In this document: positions 6,786 through 15,819 of the stretch, piece after piece
Numbering within the stretch: position 1 is the first letter of the stretch
Layout of the letters: every line of letters starts with the position of its first letter
Assembly (NCBI GenBank): GCA_963809475.1
Contig: CAWEJS010000001.1
Span: forward strand, 1,818,125 to 1,882,124
Reading direction: 5' to 3'
DNA length: 64,000 bases
From: an uncultured Acidobacteriota bacterium
Lineage (GTDB): Bacteria > Acidobacteriota > Vicinamibacteria > Vicinamibacterales > JAKQTR01
Program-made: the position numbers and the translations under genes
Notes under the pieces: generated by a model
Told to the model about the DNA's origin: nothing
What the model saw: the letters and a program-made list of their open reading frames with translations, nothing else
The model's database searches: none

Positions 6786-8957
6786 ATGAGACCGACGGCG
6801 ATGGGTTTCCGCTCGGCGACGGACCGGCTCCCCGTGTGGATGATCGGGGCGAGGCGGTTCTTCCTTTCTTCCACGGCCGGCCGGATTCTGCTCGCGGGTG
6901 CGGCCGTGAAGCTGGTGACGAACGCGCTCGAAGCCGCCGGGCTGGGGGCGTCGAGGGCGGTGCAGGGCCTCAGCACGGCCGCCGGCATCGCGCTCGTCGC
7001 CGGCGTCGGCCTCCTGCTGTTCCGGCTCTGGCGCGACGCGCGCCAGCAGCTGCTGTGGCGCGTCCGGCGGAAGCTGATCATCTCGTACGTGTTCATCGGC
7101 GTCGTGCCGGTGATCCTGATCATCACGTTCTTCGTGCTCGCGTACCTGCTGCTTTTCGCGGACATCAGCTCGTTCCTCCTCCGGACGTCCCTGAGCGACC
7201 TCGGCGAGGACGCGCAGTCCGTGGCGCGCCTGGCCGCCGTGGAGATCGAGTCCCGCGCGGACGCCACGGGTGTCCGCGCCACGCTCGAGCGGCGCACGGC
7301 CGCCGCGGACCCCGCGTACCCCGGGATCTCGCTCGCGGTCGTGCCGGTGGACGAGTCTCGGTGCGTTCCCCCGGACGGCGTTCGGCCCCGTCCGCTCGCC
7401 GTGACCCCCGTTGCCGCCGGGCCGTGGCTGTACCTCCGGCCTCCGGTCTTCCTCCCGGCGTGGGTCGCGTGCGGCGGGTTCTCGGGCGTGCTCGCCTCCG
7501 GTAGCCGGGAGGGAAAGCCGACGTCCGGCGCTGACGTGATCGTGCGGGCGGTCGCGTTTCCGGAGCGTGCGCGGGGGTTCGTCGTGGTGGCCGACGTTCC
7601 CATCGCCGGCCGTGTGAAGGCCGACCTCGAGGCTGCGACCGGCCTCGCCATCGGCCAGGCCAGCCTCGTGGATGCCGCGGCCCTTCCCGTCCAGGGCGGC
7701 GGCAGCGCGCCGCCCTCCGTCCGGCCCGCTCCCGTGTCGTCCTCCGCGCAGCGGCTGTGGCGGTTCCCCTGGGTCGCGCTGCTGGATCACGTCGACTGGG
7801 TCGACGGGACGTCCGAGCCGCTGCCGATCAACATCGGCCTGAGCGTCCGGGCGGTCTACCAGCGGCTGTCGGCCTCGCAGACGTCGCTCGGCGGTACGCG
7901 GAGCTTCGGCGATCTGCTGCTGGCGCTCCTGTTATTCGTCAGCGGTCTCTTCTTCATCATCGAGGTCGGCGCACTCGTCATGGGGCTGGCGCTGGCGCGT
8001 TCCATCACCGGCGCGATCCACGAGCTGTTCGAAGGCACGGAGCGGGTGCGCCAGGGCGACTTCGGCCACCGCATCCCGGTCCTGGCGAAGGACCAGCTCG
8101 GCGACCTCGCCAGCTCTTTCAACCAGATGACCGGCAGCATCGAGGACCTGCTGCGCCAGGCCGCCGAGAAGAAACGCCTCGAGGAGGAGATGCGCCTCGC
8201 GCGGGAGATCCAAGTGTCGCTGCTCCCGCGAGGGCCCCTCGTGGTGCCGGGCCTGACGGTCAGCGCCCTGTGCGTGCCGGCGAGGGAAGTCGGGGGCGAC
8301 TACTACGACATCCTGCCCCTGCCCGACGGCCGCTACGGGGTCCTCATCGCCGACGTGTCGGGCAAGGGCATGTCCGCGGCGCTCTACATGGCGGAGCTGA
8401 AGGGCCTCATCCTCTCGCTCAGCCAGATTCATCTCTCGCCCCGCGACCTGCTGATCAGCGCGAACCACCTGATCTCCCTCCACCTCGACAACCGCAGCTT
8501 CATCACCATGACGTACGCGGTGATCGATCCGGCAGCGGGCGTGATGACCTACGCCCGGGCGGGGCATACGCCCCTGCTGTACCTGCCGGGCGGGGACGGC
8601 TCGGACGGCCGCGCCCGGATCCTCGCGCCGGACGGCCTCGTGCTGGGACTGCGGATCGACGACGGCGAGCGGTTTGCCGCCCTGCTGGTCGAATCCACCC
8701 TGCGCCTCATGCCGGGCGATCTGCTCGTGCTCTTCACCGATGGGATCAGCGAGGCCATGAACGAGCGCGCCGACTGCTTCGGGGAGTCGCAGCTGGCCGA
8801 GCTCATCGAGGAACACGGCGACCTGCCGATGGGCGAGCTTCGCGAGCGCATCCTGCGCGAGATCACCGCGTTCGTCGGCGGGGCCGCGCAGCACGACGAC
8901 ATGACGATGATCCTGCTCAAGGTCGACGAGCCGGCGCCCGCCGAGGATGCCAGATGA
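6786..8957 (+). CDS. Membrane sensor with HAMP domain and PP2C/SpoIIE-type serine phosphatase (RsbU-like)
   Basis: N-terminal TM segments flank an extracytoplasmic region of about 240 aa. The HAMP domain contains ITGAIHELFEGTERVRQGDFGHRIPV..DQLGDLASSFNQM. The PP2C motifs are EVGGDYYD, IADVSGKG and TDGISEA..HDDMTMILL. Confidence 0.9.
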   Translation: MRPTAMGFRSATDRLPVWMIGARRFFLSSTAGRILLAGAAVKLVTNALEAAGLGASRAVQGLSTAAGIALVAGVGLLLFRLWRDARQQLLWRVRRKLIISYVFIGVVPVILIITFFVLAYLLLFADISSFLLRTSLSDLGEDAQSVARLAAVEIESRADATGVRATLERRTAAADPAYPGISLAVVPVDESRCVPPDGVRPRPLAVTPVAAGPWLYLRPPVFLPAWVACGGFSGVLASGSREGKPTSGADVIVRAVAFPERARGFVVVADVPIAGRVKADLEAATGLAIGQASLVDAAALPVQGGGSAPPSVRPAPVSSSAQRLWRFPWVALLDHVDWVDGTSEPLPINIGLSVRAVYQRLSASQTSLGGTRSFGDLLLALLLFVSGLFFIIEVGALVMGLALARSITGAIHELFEGTERVRQGDFGHRIPVLAKDQLGDLASSFNQMTGSIEDLLRQAAEKKRLEEEMRLAREIQVSLLPRGPLVVPGLTVSALCVPAREVGGDYYDILPLPDGRYGVLIADVSGKGMSAALYMAELKGLILSLSQIHLSPRDLLISANHLISLHLDNRSFITMTYAVIDPAAGVMTYARAGHTPLLYLPGGDGSDGRARILAPDGLVLGLRIDDGERFAALLVESTLRLMPGDLLVLFTDGISEAMNERADCFGESQLAELIEEHGDLPMGELRERILREITAFVGGAAQHDDMTMILLKVDEPAPAEDAR

Positions 8958-9898
8958 GTGAACCCGCCATCGTCTTCCGCACGTGCTCCGACATCGAGGC
9001 GAGCATCGTCGCCGGCCTGCTCGAAGCGCACGGCATCATGGCCAACCTGGCGTCGGACGTCCCGCACGCGGTGTTCCCGCTCAGCGTGAACGGGCTCGGC
9101 GAGGTGCGTGTCTCGGTCCCGGGCGACCAGGCCGAGGAGGCGACGCGCCTCCTCGCCGACTACCGGGACACCGACGCGGCCGGGGCGGCCGTCCGGATTC
9201 GCGAGGAGTACGAGGCCCTCGAGGCGGCAATCGGCCACCGGTTCCGCGATCGCGGGACGCTCGAACTCGCGCTGACGCACCGGTCGCGCGCCAACGAGGA
9301 CGTCACCGGCGGCGTCGCCGACAACGAGTCGCTCGAGTTCCTCGGCGATGCCGTGCTCGGGTTCCTCGTCGCCGAGATCCTCTTCACGCGGTTCCCCGAT
9401 CGCGACGAAGGCCAGATGTCGAAGATGAAGGCCGCCCTGGTCTCCGCTCCCGCGCTCGCGCGCCAGGCCGATCGCCTGGGCCTGGGCGCGCACCTGCTGC
9501 TGGGACGCGGCGAAGAGAAGACCGGCGGCCGGCGGAAGCACGCCCTGCTCGCCGACGGCTACGAGGCCGTCATCGCGGCCGTCTACCTCGACGGCGGCGT
9601 GGATGCGGCGCGCGCCTTCATCGAGCGCGAGTTCGACGCGCTCATCGACGAGGCGGCGGCCGAGGCGACCATCGGCGGCGATCACAAGTCCGCGTTGCAG
9701 GAAGTGCTGCAGGGACGCGGCGACCCGCTGCCGGAGTACGTCGTGACCGCAGAGGACGGGCCCGCGCACCGGCGCCTCTTCCGGATCGAGGTCCGCCTGC
9801 GCGGGGAGGTGCTCGCCGACGCCGAGGGCCGCACGAAGAAGGAGGCGGCGCAGGAGGCGGCCAGGCGGGCGATCGAGCGGTTTACGCCCCGGCCGTAG
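8954..9898 (+). CDS. rnc: Ribonuclease III with an N-terminal DUF2007-like extension of about 75 aa
   Basis: RNase III signature NESLEFLGDAVLG and a C-terminal dsRBD (KSALQEVLQ...KKEAAQEAARRA). The N-terminus MSEPAIVFRTCSDIEASIVAGLLEAHGIMANLAS...VRVSVPGDQAEEATRLL resembles the DUF2007 putative signal-transducing domain. The start overlaps the upstream stop (ATGA). Confidence 0.88.
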   Translation: MSEPAIVFRTCSDIEASIVAGLLEAHGIMANLASDVPHAVFPLSVNGLGEVRVSVPGDQAEEATRLLADYRDTDAAGAAVRIREEYEALEAAIGHRFRDRGTLELALTHRSRANEDVTGGVADNESLEFLGDAVLGFLVAEILFTRFPDRDEGQMSKMKAALVSAPALARQADRLGLGAHLLLGRGEEKTGGRRKHALLADGYEAVIAAVYLDGGVDAARAFIEREFDALIDEAAAEATIGGDHKSALQEVLQGRGDPLPEYVVTAEDGPAHRRLFRIEVRLRGEVLADAEGRTKKEAAQEAARRAIERFTPRP

Positions 9899-11093
9899 CG
9901 CCGGCCGTCACCCTCGCCACCGCGTAGCGCTGAACGGCGTCGGCCACGCGGTCCTCATCCGGCGCCTCGCAGCCGGAGTTGAGGCGGATCCAGACTCGGA
10001 GCACGGGGTCGGCCACGGTGAAGCGCTTCCGATTGACGCGGACGAGGTCCACGTCCTCCAGCCACCCCAGGTAATCCCTGGTCGAGCCGGGCGAACGCTG
10101 GAGCCGGATGGCGATCTCCGTCAGAGTGAGCGGCTCCTCCTCCGCCAAGATCCCGAGCACGGCTTTCAGGGCCCCGTAACCTCTCGCGCGATGCAAGCGG
10201 ACCTCGTAACTGTATCGGCAGCGGACCGACAGGTCCCCTTCCGGCCGGAGCAGCCGGCCGAGCGCTGCCACGGGATCGAGCGCATCAGGGGCGGAGCCTG
10301 CCAGCGCCCGGACCATCGCGGAGACATACGCGGCGCGGCCGTCGGTGAGCGCCACCACCGTGCGGGCTGTTTCCTCGGCCCGATCCGAACGCATGCCCGG
10401 TTCCCGCATGAGGTCGGCGGCGACGGATGACACCGTGGCGGGCGGCAAGTGGACCACGAGGAAGCGATCGGACGCGCCTCGAAGAGCGCGCAAGGCTCGA
10501 CTTTCGAACTTCGTGGCCAGGACGAAACGGTTGGGGCCGTCCGCGATTGCCGCGAGGGTGTCGGCCATCGCGCCGCCGAGGCCCGGGAAGCTCTCGAACA
10601 ACCGGAGTTCGAGCGCCTCGTCGAGCAGGAACGCGGCCGGCCCGCCGCCGGCGGTGCGCGCCTGCGCAAAGTACCCGAGCGCCCGGTGGTACGCGTCGCG
10701 CGGGCCCGACGGCGCGCGGGACGGCTCCTTCCAGGCGAAGGGAGCGTCTGCGATCATCCGCGCGAGGAACCGCTCGGGCGTCGACGTCACGCGCTCGAGG
10801 TCGATGTAGTGCGCAGCCCCCGGAGGGAGATCCGCGCGGACGCGCAGCAACGCGCTCGTGCGGCCGGAGCCGCACGGCCCGAGCAGCACGGGAATCCGGG
10901 ACGGGGTGTCGCCGAGCGCCTCTGCGAGACGGGCGTCGATGCCGGGGAGGGAGAAGTCCATCAACGCGTACTCGTCACGCTGCACCGCCGGGAGCCGGCC
11001 GACCGCCCGGCCCGGTCTTGGGTCCGTCGTCAGCTGGTGCCCAAGACCATACGAAGCGCGACTCGGTCTTGTCAACTCGGCCGCCGGCCGCAC
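9882..11093 (-). CDS. AAA/Arch_ATPase-like P-loop protein with C-terminal winged-helix (DUF234-like)
   Basis: P-loop LLGPCGSGRTS has Arg in the Walker A lysine position. Walker B is FLLDEA. The C-terminal wHTH is LTLTEIAIRLQRSPGSTRDYLGWLEDVDLV. An alternative start at 10961 (MDFSLPG) is more plausible. The 3' end overlaps the rnc 3' end by 17 nt. Confidence 0.75.
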   Translation of the reverse strand: MRPAAELTRPSRASYGLGHQLTTDPRPGRAVGRLPAVQRDEYALMDFSLPGIDARLAEALGDTPSRIPVLLGPCGSGRTSALLRVRADLPPGAAHYIDLERVTSTPERFLARMIADAPFAWKEPSRAPSGPRDAYHRALGYFAQARTAGGGPAAFLLDEALELRLFESFPGLGGAMADTLAAIADGPNRFVLATKFESRALRALRGASDRFLVVHLPPATVSSVAADLMREPGMRSDRAEETARTVVALTDGRAAYVSAMVRALAGSAPDALDPVAALGRLLRPEGDLSVRCRYSYEVRLHRARGYGALKAVLGILAEEEPLTLTEIAIRLQRSPGSTRDYLGWLEDVDLVRVNRKRFTVADPVLRVWIRLNSGCEAPDEDRVADAVQRYAVARVTAGATAGA

Positions 11094-11207
11094 GCTCGCT
11101 CCCGGAGGCGGCTCGCGCCGCGCGCGCCCGGGTGCGCCGTCGCTCCTGTGCTAACATCCGCCGTTGGCCGCGGGCACGAGCGCCCGCGCACGCGCGAAGG
11201 TTTGTCC

Positions 11208-12509
11208 ATGAATATCGCCGTCGTCGGCGCGCAGTGGGGAGATGAGGGCAAGGGCAAGATCGTGGACCTGCTCGCCCAGCGGTTCTCGATCGTCGCGAGG
11301 TACCAGGGCGGCCACAACGCCGGCCACACGGTGCACCTGGGAGACCGGCGGTTCGTGCTGCGCCTCATCCCATCGGGCATCCTGCACACGGGCGTGACGT
11401 GCGTCATCGGGAACGGGGTCGTGATCGACCTGCGCGCCCTCTTCGACGAGGTCGACGAGTTGACCGGCGCGGGGATCGACGTGGGCGGCCGCCTGCTGGT
11501 GTCCGACCGCGCGCACCTGATCCTCCCGTACCATCGCGATCTCGATCGGCTGAGCGAGGCGAGTCTCGGCGCGCGCATGATCGGCACGACATCGCGCGGC
11601 ATCGGCCCGGCTTACGAGGACAAGGCCGGGCGGCGCGGGCTGCGCGTGTGCGACGTGACCGACGATGCGACCCTGGAGGAGCATATCCGCGACGGCGTCA
11701 TGCGCCGGAACGTGCTGGCCCGGGACGAGACCCTGGTGTGGACCGACGTATTCGCCACGACCCGCGAGCTCGGAGCGCGCCTCCGGCCGTGGATCGCGGA
11801 CGTGTCCGTGGCGCTCACGCGCGCCATGGCGGACGGCAAGTCGATCCTGTTCGAGGGGGCCCAGGGCACGATGCTCGACCTCGATCACGGGACCTACCCC
11901 TACGTGACGTCGTCGAATGCGACGGTGGGCGGCGCCTGCACCGGGCTGGGCGTCGGGCCGCGGTCGGTGCACGCGGTCCTGGGGATCGCGAAGGCCTACA
12001 CGACGCGGGTCGGCGAGGGGCCGTTCCCGTCGGAATTGCACGGCAGCGACGCCGAGACGCTTCGCACCAGGGGCAACGAGTTCGGCGCCGTCACGGGCCG
12101 CCCGCGCCGATGCGGGTGGTTCGACGTCGTCCAGGTCCGCCACGCCGTGCGGGTGAACGGCCTCGACGCGCTGGCCATCACGAAACTGGACGTGATCGAC
12201 GGCCTGGAGCGAATCCCGGTGTGCACGGCGTATCGGGCGGGCGGCGAGACCCTGACGGAGTTCCCTGCGGATCTGCGGCGGTTGCAGGCCTGCACGCCCG
12301 TCGTCGAGTCGTTGCCCGGATGGAGCACGCCGACCGAGGGCGCCCGCCGGTACGGCGATTTGCCCGCGGCAGCGCGCGCGTACCTGCAGCGCCTGGAAGA
12401 TTTGACCGGCGTGCCCGTGCTGCTCGTGTCCACAGGCGCCGGACGCGAGGACACGGCCGTCAAGAACGAGCCGCTCACCGCGGCGTGGTTCGGATCGACG
12501 CTCAGCTAG
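11208..12509 (+). CDS. purA: Adenylosuccinate synthetase
   Basis: MNIAVVGAQWGDEGKGKIVD, GGHNAGHTV, GTTSRGIGPAYEDK and TKLDV motifs. Length is 433 aa. Confidence 0.96.
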   Translation: MNIAVVGAQWGDEGKGKIVDLLAQRFSIVARYQGGHNAGHTVHLGDRRFVLRLIPSGILHTGVTCVIGNGVVIDLRALFDEVDELTGAGIDVGGRLLVSDRAHLILPYHRDLDRLSEASLGARMIGTTSRGIGPAYEDKAGRRGLRVCDVTDDATLEEHIRDGVMRRNVLARDETLVWTDVFATTRELGARLRPWIADVSVALTRAMADGKSILFEGAQGTMLDLDHGTYPYVTSSNATVGGACTGLGVGPRSVHAVLGIAKAYTTRVGEGPFPSELHGSDAETLRTRGNEFGAVTGRPRRCGWFDVVQVRHAVRVNGLDALAITKLDVIDGLERIPVCTAYRAGGETLTEFPADLRRLQACTPVVESLPGWSTPTEGARRYGDLPAAARAYLQRLEDLTGVPVLLVSTGAGREDTAVKNEPLTAAWFGSTLS

Positions 12510-12513
12510 AGGC

Positions 12514-13164
12514 TCAGAGCGCCGAGGTCTCGGCGGCCTGCTCGAGGCAGAACTGCAGCAGCGGCTCGGGATCGGCCTCGGAGAACTCGAGCCCCGCGCG
12601 ATACTGGGGGGTGAGGCCGCCCTTCGGGATTTCGAACAGCGCCCAGGCCACGGTTCCGATCGCCCTGATCGCGGAGGGCTCCACGGCCAGGATCAACCGT
12701 ACGCGCTGGCGCGGCTTCAAGACCGTCGGTGACACCACCTGCGCCCCGAGCGTCGAGAGGTCGACCAGCGCGGCCGTCGCGCCGTCGATCTGCACGTCGA
12801 GGCCCGCGCGCATGCGGATGCGCGGGACGCGCCGGGTGCCGGCGGCGTCGGTCGGCAGCCATGTCGAGTGGCTGCCCTGGCGCGCCTCCACCGTCGTGCC
12901 GCCCGCATCGACGACCAGGACTCGCGTGCCGGCGAGCTGCGCGTCGATCGCAATCCGGTGGGTGAGCGCCGTCCCGCGAGGGCTGAGCGCGAACTTCTCG
13001 GGCAGCACGACGACGCGAGGACGGGTGCGGACGATGTGTTCGACGGCCTCGCAGACCTGATCCTCCGGGAAGGCGACCACGTCGGTGCCCTGCGTGTCCG
13101 GGTTCCCGGCCAGGGAGCTTGCGAGCGCTTTCGGGCCGATCAGGAGGGTGACGCCATCGGCCAT
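12514..13164 (-). CDS. PilZ domain-containing protein (c-di-GMP-binding type)
   Basis: The C-terminal half carries RRVPR (RxxxR), followed about 25 residues later by DLSTLG (D/NxSxxG). The N-terminal half of about 100 aa is not recognised. Confidence 0.7.
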   Translation of the reverse strand: MADGVTLLIGPKALASSLAGNPDTQGTDVVAFPEDQVCEAVEHIVRTRPRVVVLPEKFALSPRGTALTHRIAIDAQLAGTRVLVVDAGGTTVEARQGSHSTWLPTDAAGTRRVPRIRMRAGLDVQIDGATAALVDLSTLGAQVVSPTVLKPRQRVRLILAVEPSAIRAIGTVAWALFEIPKGGLTPQYRAGLEFSEADPEPLLQFCLEQAAETSAL

Positions 13165-13172
13165 GCGCGCCG

Positions 13173-13820
13173 TCAGTCCTTGCCGACGCGTGAGGGATCG
13201 GGCGGCGCTTCGAGCGTGAACGCGTAGATGGCGCGCAGTTCCTGCGTGCGCGGAGCCGCCGTCGCCAGATCGACGTCGGACAGGAACTGGTCGTCATTGA
13301 CGGCCGGCCCGGCGTTGACCGCGTGCAGCGTCGGGACGGCGCGCGAAGGAGCCGGAGCGGCGGACGCGGTCACCTGCGGCTGCGCGGCCCGTCCCGCGTC
13401 TCCGCCACCGAGATCGACCAGCCGCCCGGCCGTCAGTCCGACCATGAGACCCGCCACCGCCGCGGCGGCGACCCAGCGGGCCATCACGCGGTGCTCGCGC
13501 GAGGCGTGCGCGCTCTGGCCGGCGGCGGGGAACGGCAACACCCGGGTGCCTCCCGACAAAGCGTCGATCTGCCTGAGGATCCGCTCGCGCTGGCGGTCCA
13601 TGCGTGCAGGGGAGCACACCGCCGCGGCCTCGTCTTCCGCGGCCTGGCGCGTGTCGTCGAAGACCGATTGCAGCGAGGCATACCCCGCCGAGCAGGCGGG
13701 GCAGTGGGCGAGGTGCCGCATCAGCGCCTGGTCCCCGGTTTCCAGGACCCCGAGGCCACGGTCCGCCAGGTAGCGGCGGATGAGCGCGCGATCATCGAGG
13801 TGTCCCTTAGCGGCGAACAC
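13173..13820 (-). CDS. Anti-sigma factor (zf-HC2 type, single-pass membrane)
   Basis: HLAHCPAC matches the HxxxCxxC zinc motif. There is one TM segment (WVAAAAVAGLMVGLTAG). The gene overlaps the 3' end of the ECF sigma gene by 14 nt. Confidence 0.7.
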   Translation of the reverse strand: MFAAKGHLDDRALIRRYLADRGLGVLETGDQALMRHLAHCPACSAGYASLQSVFDDTRQAAEDEAAAVCSPARMDRQRERILRQIDALSGGTRVLPFPAAGQSAHASREHRVMARWVAAAAVAGLMVGLTAGRLVDLGGGDAGRAAQPQVTASAAPAPSRAVPTLHAVNAGPAVNDDQFLSDVDLATAAPRTQELRAIYAFTLEAPPDPSRVGKD

Positions 13821-14514
13821 GACTGCCCTCCAGCACGCTCCGCAGTTTCCGGAGCGCGCGAAACAGGTGCACGCGGACGGTCGATTCGTTCAGGCCCGTC
13901 AGTTCGCCAACCTCGCGGGGCGACTGTCCCTCGACGTGGCACAGCAGCAGCACCGTGCGCTGCTGTCTCGGAAGCGTGTCGATGGCTTTCATGAGTTCCC
14001 GCCGACGCTCGTCACTGAGAACCGACTCCTCCGGGGTCAGGTCCGTGGACTGGGCGGATTCCACCATCGACCCCGACTCGGGATGCCGATCGAATCCGAT
14101 GACCTCCCACCGCTCGCGACGCCGCCTGGCCTTCTGCCGATCGCGGCACGTGTTGGCGAGGATGCGGGTGAACCACGCTTCGAACGGCAAGTCCTCGCGG
14201 TACGACGTGATGTGGGTGAACACCTTCACGAACGTATCCTGCACCGCTTCATCGGCCTCGGAGGCGTCTCGCAACAGGTACAACGCCAGGCGTGTCGCCT
14301 GCCGCTGATACCCCGTCACGAGATCCCCGAACGCGTCCCGGGCTTCGTCCGGCTGACCGGCGAGCACGGCCGCCTTCACGCGACGCGCCTCTTCGGAGGC
14401 CGTCGACAACCCCGCGGCGCCCGTGCTGGCGGAGCGGCGTGACACCTCGACCGGCCGGCCGGCCGGATCTGGCGTCGACGACGTTCCGAATCTGGAGTCC
14501 GACGGTCCCGCCAC
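13807..14514 (-). CDS. ECF-type RNA polymerase sigma factor (sigma-70 family)
   Basis: Region 2 is DEAVQDTFVKVFTHITSYREDLPFEAWFTRILANTCRD. Region 4 is LPRQQRTVLLLCHVEGQSPREVGELTGLNESTVRVHLFRALRKLR. The N-terminal roughly 40 aa may not be translated. Confidence 0.85.
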   Translation of the reverse strand: MAGPSDSRFGTSSTPDPAGRPVEVSRRSASTGAAGLSTASEEARRVKAAVLAGQPDEARDAFGDLVTGYQRQATRLALYLLRDASEADEAVQDTFVKVFTHITSYREDLPFEAWFTRILANTCRDRQKARRRRERWEVIGFDRHPESGSMVESAQSTDLTPEESVLSDERRRELMKAIDTLPRQQRTVLLLCHVEGQSPREVGELTGLNESTVRVHLFRALRKLRSVLEGSRVRR

Positions 14515-14638
14515 CCGCTCTTGCCTCTGTCTACGCCGGCTCGTCCGGTTCCGTTTACCGTCCTGCCGGGTGTTCCGGCCTGGCGGCTATCGTACCAGAT
14601 CCCCGGGCTGTCGTCGTAACGAGTTGGGGGGAATGGCG

Positions 14639-15718
14639 TTAGGCAGACGGGACTGCGGGGAGGATCGCGCCGGCGGCCGGCTGGATCCGGGTGCCCGGGA
14701 AATAGTGAGAAATGATGTCGGCCGGGGAGAAGCCGGCCCGCGAGCGCTCGAGGGCCCCGGCCTGGCACAGGCCCACGCCGTGGCCCGCGCCGGCCCCGGT
14801 GAACGTGAAGCGGTCGCCTTCGCGAACCACCGTGAACCATGTGCTGCGGATGGCGCGCTCCCCGAACGCCTGGCGCAGGACCGCCCGGAATGCGTCGGCG
14901 CGGACCGTCGAGGTCCGTGCGCCGACGAGCGTCAGCATCAGGGCCCGGCCCGCCCCGTCGCGCCGGGAGACGTCGATCTGCTCGAGGCTCCCGCCGACAT
15001 CGGTGGCAGGGCTCGCCGCGAGTGCGCGGACCAGGGCTCTCTCGTCGACGGCGTAGGTCCACTGCAGGGAGGCCTTCCGGCTGCAGAACCAGTCCGGCAC
15101 GCCCGCGAGGTACGCCTCCTCCGGACCGCCCCACACCCCGGCCGCCGACGCCGTGTGCCCGCCGCAGTTGGCGTGGAACAGGGCCTGGATCACCCGGCCG
15201 TCGAAGGTGATGACGAGCCCCCGCGTGGCGGCCACGGCGCCGGTCGCGAGATCGGCGATGCCGTCGGCCGCGCCACCCGACGCGAGGGGCGCCCGGTAGA
15301 CCTGGCAGTGCGTGCTGTCGCAGACGTCGAATCCCTCGGCCCCGTGCCGGCGCAGGTTCGCCATCACGTACGTGCGGGACACGATGGCCTGGACCTCGAG
15401 CATCGCGGATGCCGTGGCATCATGCAGCGTCGCCGGCGCGAGTTCGGCGCGGACGGCGCCAAGGACGTAGTCCTCGAGCGCAAGGTCGACCACGCGCGTC
15501 CCGGAGGCGTCCGTCACCCGGACCTTCACGGACGGCAGCGCACCAGTGGAGGGCGACGGGCGCGGCGGGGCCACGGCGACGCGCGGCGCCGGCGCGACGC
15601 CCCGTCCCGCGGTGCACGCCGCCGCGAGGATCGCCACGAGGAGTGCCGCAACCGGAAGAGCGGCGCCTGGAACGTGCAGGGGCATCCGGGCGCCGGGCGA
15701 TGAGACGGGACTTCTCAC
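14639..15718 (-). CDS. SpoIID/LytB domain protein (likely lipoprotein)
   Basis: FHANCGGHTASAAGVWG and GHGVGLCQAGA are SpoIID-family motifs. A signal peptide with LAAAC lipobox follows if the start is M12 (15685). Confidence 0.85.
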   Translation of the reverse strand: MRSPVSSPGARMPLHVPGAALPVAALLVAILAAACTAGRGVAPAPRVAVAPPRPSPSTGALPSVKVRVTDASGTRVVDLALEDYVLGAVRAELAPATLHDATASAMLEVQAIVSRTYVMANLRRHGAEGFDVCDSTHCQVYRAPLASGGAADGIADLATGAVAATRGLVITFDGRVIQALFHANCGGHTASAAGVWGGPEEAYLAGVPDWFCSRKASLQWTYAVDERALVRALAASPATDVGGSLEQIDVSRRDGAGRALMLTLVGARTSTVRADAFRAVLRQAFGERAIRSTWFTVVREGDRFTFTGAGAGHGVGLCQAGALERSRAGFSPADIISHYFPGTRIQPAAGAILPAVPSA

Positions 15719-15819
15719 AACTGCACCTATCGGACGTCCGGGCGCCCGGCATTACCGGGCCTCACGGCGCACGGGCGCCGGCTGCCCGCGCGTCGGCTAT
15801 ACTCCCGTGTGACGCCGCG

